Positions 27,328 through 41,900 of a stretch of 64,000 bases of DNA are shown piece by piece. Positions within the stretch are counted from its first letter, which is position 1. Each line of letters begins with the position of its first letter. The notes beneath the pieces are model-generated. The model searched no databases. It had not been told where the DNA came from and was given only the letters and a program-made list of their open reading frames with translations. The stretch is taken from assembly GCF_009914755.1 (NCBI RefSeq), contig NC_060947.1; one strand, given 5' to 3'. Made by a program: the position numbers and the translations under genes. Source of the stretch: the human T2T-CHM13v2.0 reference genome, Homo sapiens.

Positions 27328-29121
27328 GACAGTCTTTAAATTTAGCTTCAGCAGAACTTTCAGGGACTAGCAGAAAAAATGCTAATTTGAACCTGATGAA
27401 CAAAGACCTGCATTGATGAAACCTCACAACCATTTATATCTCACATCTTCCCAATTCTATCACAAAGACCTAAAGTTCCTTTATGCCCTAAAACTATCAA
27501 AATGTATTTTGGGGCCTGAGTTTTTCCAAAAGTTGAGTTTCCATATCACTGGTTATGGTTAGATTCCATGTGGGAACTGGTACCTGCTTAGCATTTTAAT
27601 TAATTAGTATTCTTGTTTGTGGTTTTCTTTTTCTTCAAAAATATTTCCTGAGTACTGTGCTGAAAAATGAACAAAAAAGAAAAAATTCATGCTCACTGCA
27701 AAGTATAAATTCCCCAGCTCTCTTCCTCTCATAATTCTTCCTCCAGAGTTCTTTTTTCACTGGCTCTGATTCCTCAAATAATCATTTGAAAGTAAACGGT
27801 ATATGAAGAGGAAAATATGTCCCACACGAAGGTGATCATACTACCTCTCACAAATATCTATTGAGAGATACACAAATTGTTTGGGATTAATTACACATTG
27901 TTGTTATAGTCAGTGCACTCTTGATGTCTTATAGGCTTTTGTGGGGTCATCCAGGAGACCCATGCTACAAGGTCTGACAGGATTTTTCCCCTAGCTGCTC
28001 TGCATATCCACAGTCCTCTGACCTCATTGCAGTTCTCATTTGCAATGTTTTCTTAAATAGGTAGAAATGTTTCCTGCTCATTTTGCTTTTATACATTTGG
28101 CAAATACTATCTTGGCTTCCTCAGTGATCTTGTGTCTGGGTCTTCCCTCATCTTGGAACCAGAGCTGGCATTTTAATTATCCTGTAAATTCTGACCCCAT
28201 TTCAAAGTGTAAGCTACCACATGATTTATTTAGTTCTTTTTCTTTTTTTAAAGGTAAGTGAGGGGTAGTTTGATAAATAATTTTTTAAGCTTAGGGGTTA
28301 TTAGAATGTTTATGCTATATTTACTCCCTGCCTTGATACATAAAGTATTCTAAATGGCTCCATAGATCTGCTAAGATGAAATAGGTATAAAACTTAAAAT
28401 TTGGGCCTTGCAAAAATACACATGGACAAAACCAAGGGAAAAATAGAAAAAAAAATTTATGCAGGCTCCACTCCAAAGATGAACCCAAAATTTGGCACTG
28501 AGCTTTCTTATGGCCCACTCAAAAAGGGAAAATATAGTCAAGTGCTTGATTCATGTTGTCTAAGAAATAAAGCTTGCCAGTAATTCTGAGGAAATAAAGT
28601 TTTTCCTAGCACATAGAATCTAGAAGAACGTTTCCATGCAGGTCTTCACATGGGCCACATCTTCATCACTTTTAGAATAAATGTGATTGCTGCTGTGCTA
28701 GGGGTGTTTATTAAAAGATCCCTGTGTCTGAAGCTAACAAGGGTAAATATCAATGCACTTCCCAGCAAAAGTAATTTTTCATGCAGGCCTCCGACAATGT
28801 GATCTAAATGTTTAGCTCTCCAGTGGTCTGCCAGGAATCAAATGTAGAGTGTCCAGATATGAATAGTCAGCTCATCCTTAAAATAAACTTCCATTAATAT
28901 CATTTCTCTCAACAGAGTTCATCTTTTCATCATAATGTGTTAAACCAGGAAATATCAGTAGACAGTTCTGCAAAGGCTAAATGAAAAGGAAATTAGCTTA
29001 ATTTGCAGTGTAAGACTTTCAGGTTTGTTACAAAGAATGTTGGGAGAGTGAGAACTGGCTTTTACAGTGGATTCCTATGAGAACAGATTTTTTTTTTCTT
29101 CCACACAACACTAGTGGAAGA

Positions 29122-29435
<314 letters not shown>

Positions 29436-30358
29436 CATAAGATTTTCAAAAAATAAGGTTTTTTTTTTTTTATCATTAAATCTTAAAGGATGGAAAAACC
29501 TGCATAAGGCCCTTCCTAATCCTACAACATAGTGATTGTGGCAATTCATTTCCATTGTGTGAAAACATATGACATTTAATGATGATCGTCAACTCCTATG
29601 CGGGGTAGGGTGAAAGGCGCGAAAGGAAACATATTAGAAAAAGTGGCTCCTGGCCAACCCAGAGGTGATTTCATTTGGGGCTGGCTCAAGTTTCATAAGC
29701 CTAGAATCAAACTTGCAACCATCTGTTTGAGGTTCTGTGGGAACCAAGAATTCCAGAGCCCAGGGAAATGGGAGAGCATCCTAGGAATAGACCCTTCACT
29801 GAATCTTGTTTCCACTTCATGATAGAAAGCTCCCTAGAGCTGCCTTTCCCCTTGATTTTAGGGCTGGAGGAGGAGCTTAAGAAGCACCTTTGGAGCTCAA
29901 GCTTGGACTTCCTGTGGCCCTTTCCCACAGAAGAGCTAACTCTTGGAATGAGATCTTTGAACATTCCATATGAGCCTCCAAAGACCAAATAATCCAAAAC
30001 AATTGCAATAGATCTGTCTAACGACCATATTGAATCCACCACCACTTCCAGTGTCAACAAAACCAAACTGCATACTACACCAGCAATTGTGTCTGGTTAA
30101 AAGAAGACCAACCATCTTCCAGTTTCTCTTGCCTAGAATCTCTCTCACCTAGCATCAATCTGTAGGAGACTGAATTACCAACTAGTCAAGGAAACTTTCA
30201 AAAATATAGGTGGGATGTGACAACTGTGGATATAAGTCTTAAAGCAATGTGGAAAATGGGCTGCCCAAATTGGAGTAACTTGCTGAGAATGTTCTCTCCA
30301 TATGCCCAGCCCCACAGGTTCATCTACAAGAGGAGTATCTCTGATGTGAACTGCAAAT

Positions 30359-30795
30359 TGTCTTGGGTTGGGTTCCTCAGAAACAGAGCATAAGATGGTG
30401 GTTCTTGGGCAAGTAATTTATTGGCAGATGGCTTGCAGGAGAAATCTGCATGGGAGTGAGGGAAGCAGGATTGGAAGAAAGCAAGGATGTGGTTTCAGGA
30501 GAAGTCCAGCATCTCTCTGCCTAATCACACTGGGAGCTCTGGAACATAAATAGGATAGTGGAGTCTGTCCCATCTTGAGGCAAGAGGGTTTTGGTAACCT
30601 GCATCTGTCATTCATTGGCTTCCAGCCACCCTGCATTCATGTGGGTGAGGGAGACCCCAAAGCATCTTCGGTGTAAGCAGCTTCAGTTGCTCAAGGACAG
30701 CTTCAGGAGCAGGCTTCAGGTGTGAGCTCTTAGCTGCAGCACCTATAGCAGTTTAGTGAAAGGAACCCCAAGTGTATCAGGCAAGACATCAACAG
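30359..30795 (-). mobile_element. ERVL LTR (LTR16-like)
   Basis: TGTCTTGGGTTGGGTTCCTCAGAAACAGA...GCAAGTAATTTATTGG resembles the reversed LTR16 3' end. The other boundary is uncertain. Confidence 0.6.
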
Positions 30796-30807
30796 CAGCT
30801 ACTAAAC

Positions 30808-30981
30808 TAGCACTTCTCAAACTTGAGTGAGCACCGGAGTCCTCTGGAGCACTTGTTAAACACAACTTGTTGCACCTCACCCAGTTTCTGATTCAGTAAG
30901 TCTGGGATGAGGCCTAAGAATTTGCATTTCCAAGGTGATGCTGATGCTGCTAGTCCAGGGACCATGCTTTGAGAACCACTG
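30808..30981. mobile_element. MER5A MITE
   Basis: TTCTCAAACTTGAG...TTCTGATTCAGTAAGTCTGGG...GATGCTGATGCTGCT...TTTGAGAACCACTG. Confidence 0.9.
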
Positions 30982-31223
30982 TGCAAAGCTAACATTTTTT
31001 TAAAGCAATCAATTGCCTTTGGAAAGCTAGCTCATGGACATGTTCACTCACTCGGTCTTCGTGCATCAGCATATTTACAAAGGTTAAATAAAGTGAGGTC
31101 TGATTATCAAAAAGGAAGACAGGTTGATCTTATCAGGACATTGACTCAGTTAAACAATTGCCGCCTTCTGAACAGCACCATAAACCCCAATTCTCTAAAG
31201 AGAATGTCATTAAAGAATGGAGG

Positions 31224-31522
31224 CGCTGGGTGCCATTGCTCACGCCTGTAACCCCAGTAATTTGGGAGGCCAAGGTAGGTGGATCGCCTGAAGTCAGGAG
31301 TTCGAGACCAGCCTGGCCAACATGGTGAAACCCCATCTCTACTAAAAATACAAAAATTAGCCAGGTGTGGTGGTGCACACCTGTAATCCCAGCTACTCAG
31401 GAGGCTGAGGCAGGAATATCCCTTGAGTCTGGGAGGCAGAGGTTGCAGTGAGTCGAGATGGTGTCACTGTACTCCAGCTTGGTTGACAGAGTGAGACTCT
31501 GTCTCCAAAAAAAAAAAAAAAG
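31224..31522 (+). mobile_element. Alu (AluSx-type)
   Basis: Full dimer with A-tail. Confidence 0.95.
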
Positions 31523-32422
31523 AGGGGCTGGAGACAAACCAGCAGTCCAGCAGTTGAGTGGGAAAAAATGCTGACTAGGGAGTTAGGAGGCCTGGGTTCT
31601 AGTTCCTGCTCTTCCCTGAGTGGCTGTGCAGTCACTGGAAAGGAACCTCAATCTGCTATGCTTCAGTTCCCTCAAATAAGTTGTTCTACCAGTATTTAGC
31701 TCTGGGACCCCAGGCAAGCCACATGGGTCATAGGCCTTAGTTTCTTAATCTGGTAAACGGGTACAGTGCACTCAGTAATCCCTTTGGCACTTCCACCTAG
31801 CCTTCTTTGAGTGTTCTACCCGGAACATATTGATGACCTAGAAAATGAATGCCAAACACTTTCTCCCCATCTGAAAAGAGTTGGTAAAATGCAATAAGAC
31901 CTAAAAACACTTGTTTGAATTTCCTTTGTGTTACAAAAAGAGGAAACAGAAAGAGTCACTGCTCTCGTGTTAGATGCTATCATTTGATACAATCACATTT
32001 CCTGGAATCTTATGAACTGGGATCACCAATTGCCAAGATGACTCAGAGGGCCTAACAGATCACAAGACTGGGGCAACTCCTCTAACCTTCAAGGCTTTAT
32101 TTTAATCCTCTGGGACTCCACATGGAAATCCATAATAGTTTCTTCAAAGAGATGTGGTCCATTGTATGAAGGCAACTTGGGAATCCCTAATGAATGGATT
32201 AGGAGCACAATGGACTGCATCACACAAATGGAGGCACTCCTGTTTAAAAATCAATACACTGAGTAATTCAGAATGGGCGCTGCAATGCAGACCTTGAAGG
32301 TCATCGTGAAATAGAAACTACTATGCATCCAGTCCCTCTATTTTTCATATCGATGAAGGAAAGTCACACAATGTGCATGGAATGCAGAATTTTTCTTTAT
32401 TGAGCTGTTCAGTTGGACCTCA

Positions 32423-32426
<4 letters not shown>

Positions 32427-32479
<53 letters not shown>
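32427..32479. repeat. (TG)26 microsatellite
   Basis: Uninterrupted run seen directly. Confidence 0.97.
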
Positions 32480-32480
<1 letters not shown>

Positions 32481-32490
32481 GGTGGAAATA

Positions 32491-32570
32491 TTAGTTTGGT
32501 GCAAAAGTAATTGCAGTTTTTGCCACTGAAAATAATGGTAAAAACTGCTATTACTTTTGCATCAACCTAA
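32491..32570. mobile_element. MADE1 (Hsmar1-derived mariner MITE), full 80 bp
   Basis: Two 37-bp inverted arms (32/37 complementary) with a 6-bp spacer and TA target duplications at 32489-90 and 32571-72. Confidence 0.95.
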
Positions 32571-32579
32571 TAAATAGTG

Positions 32580-33460
32580 ACAGACAATAAATGTCTATTA
32601 TGTGCTATGTAAAAGTAGCCACGTGCAAAGTGTGATGAAGGAAAAGCAGAGTAAGGAGGGTGGAGAGCGCTGTGCCAGCAGGACTCTCTGCTTGAGAGTC
32701 AAACAGGACTCCCAGATGCAGAAGAACTTTGAGCAGAGCCCTGAAGGCAGTGAGGGATGAGCTCTTTGGTTTCCAGGAGAAACAGTGTTTCAGGCAGAAG
32801 GGACAGCAGTACACAGCCAGTGGAATCCTTGAGAAACAGCAAGGCCTGGGAGCTACAGCAGAGTGAGCCTGGGGTGAGGGGCGTGCAAGGACATCAGAGC
32901 AGATGGTGAGAGGAAGGCGGGCAGTGCATGCTGGGGCCTCACTCCAGTGAGATGGGAGCCCCCTGCAGGGTTTGGGGCACCAGAGTGACATGACCTGATG
33001 CTCCTTTGGAAAGGATTCCTCTGGCTATATGTGAAGAATATGTTGTAGAGAAAAAAGAGAGGGAAACAGGAGACGAGTGAGAGGATAAGAATCTAGGCTA
33101 CTAAGATGTGGCTTAACTGGCTGATACCCCTGCAGGCGAAGAGATATGTCCATATTTCGGAGGTCGAATAAGCAGAATTTGCTAATGATCTGGATGTAGG
33201 ATGTGAAAGAAAAGAATCAAGGATGAATCCAGTGTGTTTGGTCTAAGATACTGGAAAAATGAAGCTGCTGTTTGCTGAGATGTAGAAAACTGAGGAGGCC
33301 AGCATGTGTTAATAAAAGGAGGGTAGAAAACAAGGATTTGATTGGGAATACTCTAAATTCAAAATGTGTAGTAAACACCCTTGGGAAGATGGACACATGA
33401 ATTCAGAGTCCAGAAGAGCGGTCTGAGCTACAGACATAATATTGGGTGGCATCAATTACA
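32580..33460 (-). mobile_element. L2 LINE fragment(s)
   Basis: Antisense L2 motifs (CAGTGAGATGGGAGCC, GTGACATGACCTGA, GAATCAAGGATGA). Confidence 0.7.
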
Positions 33461-33754
33461 TACTCCACTCTTTCTAAGTAACAGCATATTCTAAGCTCCA
33501 GTGGTAAATAACATATTCCAGCCAAGAATACCTAGATTTATAATAGTACACTTTTCTAACATAAAGAAAATCTGTAGACAAGTAAAATACAAAATTATAA
33601 TGGTTTTAAATAAAGCATCTTCAAATAAAACCTGTGGGTATAATTCTGTAGCCAGGACAAGCACAGCTCAACAATATTCTGAGGGTCAAATTAGTTCGTA
33701 AGCTAGACCCAGGAACAACTAGACCTCTTCCATCTGCACCTCCATGCCTTTGTG

Positions 33755-34790
33755 TAAAAAAGGATTGGGGAAATTGGGCTTCATCAAAATTAAAAATGTT
33801 CGTGCATCAAAGGACATTTATCAAGAAAGTGAAAAGACAACCTAAAGAATAGAAGAAAATATTTTCAAATCTTGTTTCTGATAAGGGTCTAGTATACAGG
33901 GACTCATATAAAGAACTCTTAGCACTCAACAACAAAAAAGACAAACAGCCCATTTAAAAAATGGGCAAAAAACTTAAATAGGCATTTCTCCAAAGATATA
34001 CTAAGATGTACAAGCTTCCAAAAATATGCTCAACATCATTAGTCATTAGGGAAATGCAAATCAAAACCATGATGAGAGATTACTTCAAACACACTAGGAT
34101 GACTATAATCAAAAGAATAAAAAATAACAAGTGCTGATGAGGATGCAGAGAAATGGAAACCCTTGTACACTACTGGTAGGAATGTATAATGGTGCAGCCA
34201 CTGTGGAAAACAGTTTGACAGTTCCTCAAAAAGTTAAACAGAGTTACCATATGATGCCACAATTCTGCTCCTAGGTATATACCCAAGAGAATGGAAAACA
34301 GGCACTCAAACAGATAAGTGTACACCAATATAAATAGCAGGACTATTCACAATGTCCAAAAGGTGGAAACTATCCATTAACAGATGAATGGATAAACCAA
34401 ATGTGGTATATACATATGACGAATATTATCTGGCTGTAAAAGGAATGAAATACTGACACACACTACAACATGGATGAACCTTGAAAACGTTATGATAAGT
34501 GAAAAAAGCCAGTCACAAAACATCCCATATTATATGAATCCATTTATATCAATAGGTAAATTCACAGAGACAAAAAGAAGAATGGTTGCTGTTAGGCGCT
34601 AGGGGGCGAAGGAAGAATAGGGAGTGACTGCTTAATGGGTATAGGGATTTCTTTGGGGGTGATGAAAATATTTTGGAACTAGACATAGGTGGTGGTTGCA
34701 CAGTATTGTGAATGTACTAAATGCCACTGCACTGTTCACTTTACGATGGTCAATTTTATGTTATGCATATCTCAGCTCAATTTAAAAACA
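33755..34790 (+). mobile_element. L1MB-type LINE-1 3' fragment (end of ORF2 plus 3' UTR), decayed
   Basis: CTTCATCAAAATTAAAAA, GGAAATGCAAATCAAAACCA, ACATGGATGAACCTTGAAAAC and GTGAATGTACTAAATGCCACTG. Confidence 0.92.
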
Positions 34791-37700
34791 ACTAAAAACT
34801 TGAAAAGATCAGTGAAAGAAAAAGTTTTGAAAAGCAAATGTCAGAAGAGGAGCCCCCCTCTGCAGCAGGGAGCTATTCTTCCAGAAGTTCTCATAAGTAA
34901 GCCCTGGGTAACTCTGATACGGACTGTTAAGTCAACAAAACAATCTCCTTTATGCCAGAGCAGCCAACACTTTCCAAAAGAGCAAGCATCGAAAAAAGTT
35001 GGCTGTTTCCCTGGTTTACGTCCGTTGCATTTATGTATTCTGTTGCTTACCATGGTTGAAGTGTTTTGAAAACAACTTGTAACCAACTAAACAAAATAGC
35101 CTGATTCTTTGTTTACCAGAAAGAGAAATGAAGGCAACTGCAAGGCAGAACTGAGAAAACTGTGCCTTTGAAAGCACAGACCGTACAGGGAGGGACATGG
35201 CTGCTATTTTCAGACTTGTGTGGGTGTGAGGGTAACAGGCCTCTGGAAACAGCTGTTTAACAACAGAATATGAGAAGTCTCCCAGGACTCCAACACCCAC
35301 CCTCTACAGTGAACCAAGGGAAAGTTCACGAGAGCCAGGGGAGTTCAATACATTGAAAACAATCCGAAATGGGGATTCAACACTGGGGTTTCAATGAGCT
35401 GCAGTATTTAGCAAGGCTTTGCCCGCTCTGTTCAAAAGAACAACTCCAGGAAACTGAAAAGCCAAACCAGAAACAGACATGGTGTACTTGCTGAAAGAAC
35501 TACCCTCAAAGCCGTTTCTGCAGGGATCCAGCCTCCCTCTGGGGGCCTGACAAACTGCCTGCTTCTGGAAGGAAACAGGCTTAGGTAGAGGGACAATTGA
35601 CTCTTGGGCAAACTTTTGTTTCAGGATCCAACATTAAATGCAAACTCTTTGTTACAATGAAGGAAAGAAGATGGTTTGGAGACTGAACTTGCTTTCATTT
35701 TTGTTTTAATGAATCTTGATACGCACTTTTCACAGCTTGTCCCCATGCATTGGAAAGTAAAACCAACCCATTTCCACCCAGCTAGAGAGAACACACTATA
35801 AATAGGACCCAAATGGTGGTTCATTAAAAGCTGGATGACAAGCTGAACCGTGTCTTTTTGTTTTTCCCTCAAAAACTGTACGTTCTAGTAAGGAAGACGT
35901 CTTGTAATTTAAGGTACAGTTATTCTAAGAATGCTGTATATTTAGCCATCCTTTGGTGAACATTTTTAGTATTTGTTCATTCTATCATTCACTTAAAAAA
36001 ATCTATATTCATTGCTTGCTGCATGTTAGACATCATGCTAGGCGTGGGGGTAAAGTGATGAGCAAAACAGACACCACCGTTTCAGGGAATAAGTGACGCA
36101 CAGAGGGATACAGACAACTACTTATCCAGTTGAGGGCTGAGAAGGAAAGGAATATTTTCCATCACCCAAGTTCAAGATCTCCTTCCCCAGTTTTTTATTT
36201 TCTGTTCTAAAATTAAACTCTATCCCGGATTAAATACAGTGGGACCACTCCCTAGAAACATGGGCCCCCCAAATCATCAGAAGGCAATAGTCTAATTATC
36301 CATTTCCCAAGGTCATCAGGATGATTCAGAGTTAAATAACGGCAGTGGTCCAGGCTGAAATAGAACTCATGCTGTCAGGCCTTATTGCAGTTCTCAGGTT
36401 CTTCCCTTTGGATGTCCTGCAAACAGCTCCTAGGACGAGAACACACGTGCATCCTCCCAAACATAACTTACAATTAAATTTACTGAGAAAAGTAGCAGCT
36501 CGTCCCCTAAAAAACTGTGAAGTCCGCAAAGACATAACCCAGCTAAAAGATGCACACAAATTATATTACTAAAATGTATGCAATGTATGCAATCAAATTG
36601 AAATAGGGAGATTTCCCAGTAAAATCTAGTTACTTGACCACAGCAAAGGCCTTCCTCAATAACAATAGATACCACTTGCTTTATATTCATATAACTAAAA
36701 GAAAGTTTTCTCAAAACAAAGGGATAGTTTGCCTCAAATATAAATCCACATCTCCCTCTCTTATGTAGCAAAATACACACCCCCAACATTTAACTACCTA
36801 TTTGTTCAGTATTTGTTCTTTGAGGTCCCCAAAGCTGTGACTAAGGTCCAGTCCTAACCAGGATCACCTTATTATACTGGTTTACAAGATTTGCAGGTGG
36901 CGCAAAGCTGAGTGTGGGACGGGGAGTCTCTGAAAGAACTCTGATCAAAGTAAACCTAAATAAGCTGAATTCAGACACCAATGTTACCCAGATGACAGGT
37001 AACCGCCAACTCAGGGTCCTTCACTTCAGGCGGAAAATATTAAGTGCAAAGGGATCAGATTGGGAAGCTGTCATCTAGTAACAATACGTAGGACTTGAGG
37101 TCTAAATTGACAGTAAGTTCTATATGAAATAACAACTTAATGGAAAGATCACAATTTTGGGGATTACAAAATAGGGTTCCCATCCTCTAACTTCTATCAT
37201 ACACAGTTCCTTTAAGCAACATTACTATCGCCATTTAAGGGTATTTTCTCTCTTTTCAACACTTGAAAAACACAAATCGTTCTTTACATCTTAGCATGAA
37301 ATTAAAATATTGAATATTTGGGTTGAAGTGGTGGAGAGGCAGCTGTCTTGAGGTTAAATGGTCTAAAGCCAATGGAGCACAACTGAACAGTTTATCACAG
37401 CAAACAACATTCCTAAATGTAAATTTCAGAACGGCTATGGGAGATTGTAGGGAAGCTTGGGGACAGGGTTACACAGGCTGCAGAGCCTCCATTAAAAATA
37501 ATTTGTATTAAAAAATAAAGACACAATCTTATTTTTACAAGGGGCAATAAATATGTATGGCTGGTTTTATTGACTTTCACTCAGAATGGAGCATGTATGC
37601 TTTGGAATTCCATTCTGTAAAGTTTCATTGGTAGTTGATAAGTCAGATCTGAAACCAGAAATTCACGCACACTCTCCTCTTCTTTTAAAAAGAACATTGA

Positions 37701-38554
37701 ATATGCCAGTGTCCAGGGTTTTCTCTTTCGTTGTCATCCTCTCCAACCCTTTCTTCTTCTTCCTTCTAATGATATCAATCCCAAACAAATACCTTGCATT
37801 TGCTGCCTTGTACTCTTGCAACAAATACTTTGCCTGTGTTGCAGAATCCTTTTAGGAAAGCTTGCAAGCGGACAGCAGAGATCAGAACGGGACACTGGGG
37901 AAATCACCTGAACTGACACCTCACTCAGGGTGCCGGACAGCTTTAGGGAGATTAATCTCCGTGAAGCTGTCCAGCAAGACAAGAATGATGACTGACCATT
38001 TACATACTGGGCAGCCTTCCCATCTGGGTCATCAGCCTGGATTTATTCCCAGTTGTCAGGAACCCCAGAGGAGGTGACCTCCATTCAATTTGTCATGGAC
38101 AACTGTTCTGATCACCCAGACAGCCTTCTCAATTTCCCTTTGGCTGGGGGCATGAGAATGATCAAAGACCAAATAGGTGCATGTAGAGTGGCCTCCATTC
38201 TATCCCTAATGGGATAATCCTGATGATTAGAGTCAGGCCTCCAAGAGATCATGGGCCATCTTTGATAGATTCACCACTGATGCCTGGACATCCAGAACTT
38301 TCAGAGATGATAAATCAGCTCTGAAGGAACAAAGGCTGGCACTATGAAACAAAAATGGGTGAAACATCAGTGCGACACTAGCAATGGTGCAGCGTAACAG
38401 AGTCAGGAAACACACCCAGTTCTTAAAATTCTGATGTCAAATCTGCTGCTAGCAAGAGCGTTCTGATAAAGCAGTTAACAGTTCTGTGCATGGATTTCTC
38501 ACCAACTCTATAATCACACCACCTATTTATCCCAAAGGAGCAATGTCAGGTTAA

Positions 38555-38908
<354 letters not shown>

Positions 38909-41900
38909 TAAAGACTTTGCAATATCTGTACCAGGCAAATCTAAGGCTGTTTGCTCAACTATGAAAGTGTATTTTCCCTTACATGGTCTCCTAGACCTTA
39001 AACAACCTTATTACATTACCCATATTCACCAGGTACTTTACTTTTAAAATAATTCTCATTTAGTTTTCTCATCAAACTTAAGTGGAAGAACTTTTTATTA
39101 CCAGTTAACAGAAAAGTTACGAAGGTTTACAAAGACCCAGCCAGTGAGTGGTAGAGCTGAAATCCAGCCCTAATTGGGCCTAACCCCAAAGCCTCCAAGA
39201 CAATAAGACCACCTCTGCCAATTTTGATAAGGGGTAGTCTAGTTTCCGCTCTTCCATGGATGAAGTCCATAAATCCAAGAAAGCCTACCACCCAGAAAAA
39301 GAGATCATTTATCCCCACCATCCAGAATAAAGGCAGGACACTGAGGCCAGGCACTGGCACCCATGCACAGATATGGCATGAGCTGTCTGTGGAAAATCTT
39401 CCCCATCATTACCAACCCTACATCATGGGCTTGGAAATTGCTGAATGTCTCTTTAGGCAAGAGCTGACTTAATACTTTGGTTTCTTAAAGGCTGTCTAGG
39501 AGAAATCAGAGCACTACACAGAGCCTCCATCTACTGCCCCGGAGCTAAATCCCCTTGGAATATGTCTTAGCAGGTTTGCTTTCAACCCCTCAAATTCTTT
39601 CGCCTGAAGTCTTCTAGATGCAAGAAACAGATGCTCCTTCAGCCTCCTGAAATAAGAGAGGTTTAATACTGGAGTGCACCTGGAGCAGTGAAGGGAGATG
39701 GAGGGTCCTAGATGCCAAGATACTTCTCTGACCATCTCAGAGCCTGCAGGTGGAGGAGAATTCTAGAACCTCAGGCTGCTCTCCCAGTCCCCAGATCTTC
39801 ATCCAAGTTCTCCACCATTAACACAACCCAGCTGGTCTCCACAGATAACCTCATCTGTTTTTCTGTGCCTGCAACTTGTGCATCCTTTCTGTATTACCAG
39901 TTCAAAATCCTGAAGGGTGAAATCTACCTGGCCCAGTTAATCTGTTCCCAGCAGGTCCCACCTTAAGGCTCTGGCTGGTCTCTGGGTTGACTGATTCCTG
40001 AGCCCATCTACTTGATGCGGCTTCCCAGATTAAGAATGGATGTTGAAAAGGAGTAATTTCCATGAGAAGAGCCAAGCTTTTCCGCATCCATGCCACGCAC
40101 CAACCTCTCCCCAAGTTTTTCCTGATATGCGATTCTCACTATCGCTTCATTCCAGTCTCTTCTGATGTCAGCTCTTTACAAAGACCTTCCTTCCCTTCAG
40201 TGTCTCCACTCCCTGACCCTGCTTTCTGTGCCTCCGGGCCCTTGCAATGACCTGATATTCTATTTCCTCATCAATTGGCTCTCATGCCAATCTCCCCAAG
40301 AGAGCAGGAACTGTTATCTCCCCCAGGGGAATGGAATGGCCCTACAGGGAGAGACTGCCTGTTCTCTGCAGTATTTCCAGGCCCTGGTATGCTGCCTGGT
40401 ACAGCTGGCACTCAGAAGCTTGGGGAGTGAATTTGTATTTCCCACGTCATCATGACTGCTTTTCTTGCAATAAAGATCCCAACTTCTGCTCTCACCACTA
40501 CACCTGCAACAGTATTTCAGATATTTGATGCTGGAGATGGCGAGTCCTAGTATTTTACAGTTGGCACAGACTCTACAAGTCATCGAGTTTCCTCATATCA
40601 ACAGATTGCTCAAAAGCAACACACGTTCATAGTCACCTACCAATAGCAAACACAGTGCTTGGCACTGGAGATAAAAAGTGAATTAAGAAAGTGGTCATTC
40701 AAGTTGCTCCCAAGAGGAAATAGAGAGATACACAATTAATGTCAACACCAAGAGGCAAACATGACATATCCATGAGACTCTGGAGACAGAAGTGGCACTT
40801 AACCTGAGAGGAAGACAGGGTATCAGGGGAGACTTCACAGAGGAGGTGATTGCTATTTGGAAGAAAGATTGCAAATTGATCCCAAAAAGAAGGAAGGAAA
40901 GGGTATCCAGGCAGAGACCAGAGCAAAAGCAAGGCGCAATGACACTTCAAATAATCCAGCCGGATGCATTTCAGAGCAATGAGCAGGAATGGTCACTAGA
41001 CTGGAGCAGATTAGGAAGGTACACAGTAAGTTCTGTTTTGACAAGTGGAGTTGGCATAGCCTGCAAGACAACCAAGGGGAGAGGGTTCCAAAATAACTTC
41101 AGCTGTGAATGTTTGGCTCAAGAGAAGGCTAGAGCAAAGAATCACTGCATTAGAGATGAGGAAACAGACTCAGAGAAATGAAGCAATTGGATCAAGATCA
41201 CACTGGAATTATGAGTGAATGAAGCCCAGGCCTTCTCCCCAGCAGCCCAATGATCCTGCCATCACCTGGCTGGCTTTCATCAAGCCAAGCCTCCATGCTG
41301 CACTAGAGAAGATGTCCCTGCCCAGACACCTCACCATTTGCACTTCCCAGGCCACCCTCTGCTTTTCTGTAGCGTGGAGAGTTCACCGTGATCATGGGAA
41401 GGCCAGGGCTTGTCCAGGGATTGGGCTAAGATGCTCCCATCACTAACTTGACTTGAAGAGTCATTATATGTGGGTGACTGCCCACACACCAGTAATTATC
41501 CAACCTGTTTTAAAAAATCCCCTGTAATAGAACAGGCTCTGTTTCATTCTGAAGGATGTCAGATTTAATTAAAATATTGTTCCACATGTGTAAATATAGG
41601 TAGAGGAATAAATATAAGCATAGCACAATTAATCTTCTCTACTGTCTCTGATTTAGAATCTGGAAAGTCATCATTTTTATAGAACCCCCAACTTATCACT
41701 GGCACATACAGAGGACAAGTAACAGTCTGTTAAAAGCCATTGGGGAAACAGATATCATATTCCCTGGGAGACAAAGACCAGACTGCTGGTAGACTCTCAA
41801 TATTTCAATATTTGTTCTTCCTTTCTTCTATAATAACAGAATGCCCAGCCTTTATTTGATTCATGGCCAGAGGGATAAGAGAAGAAATGATGTGACAAAA

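Noticed and set aside
29707-30148. Overlapping ORFs on both strands (up to 119 aa)
   Set aside because: No similarity to any protein I recognise, and no poly-A or TSD to suggest a processed pseudogene.
37660-37860. Lys/Arg-rich minus-strand frame (KYLLQEYKAANARYLFGIDIIRRKKKKG) faintly like a ribosomal-protein tail
   Set aside because: The similarity covers only a few residues, the frame is closed by stops, and there are no retrocopy hallmarks. A TBLASTN/BLASTX hit would be needed.
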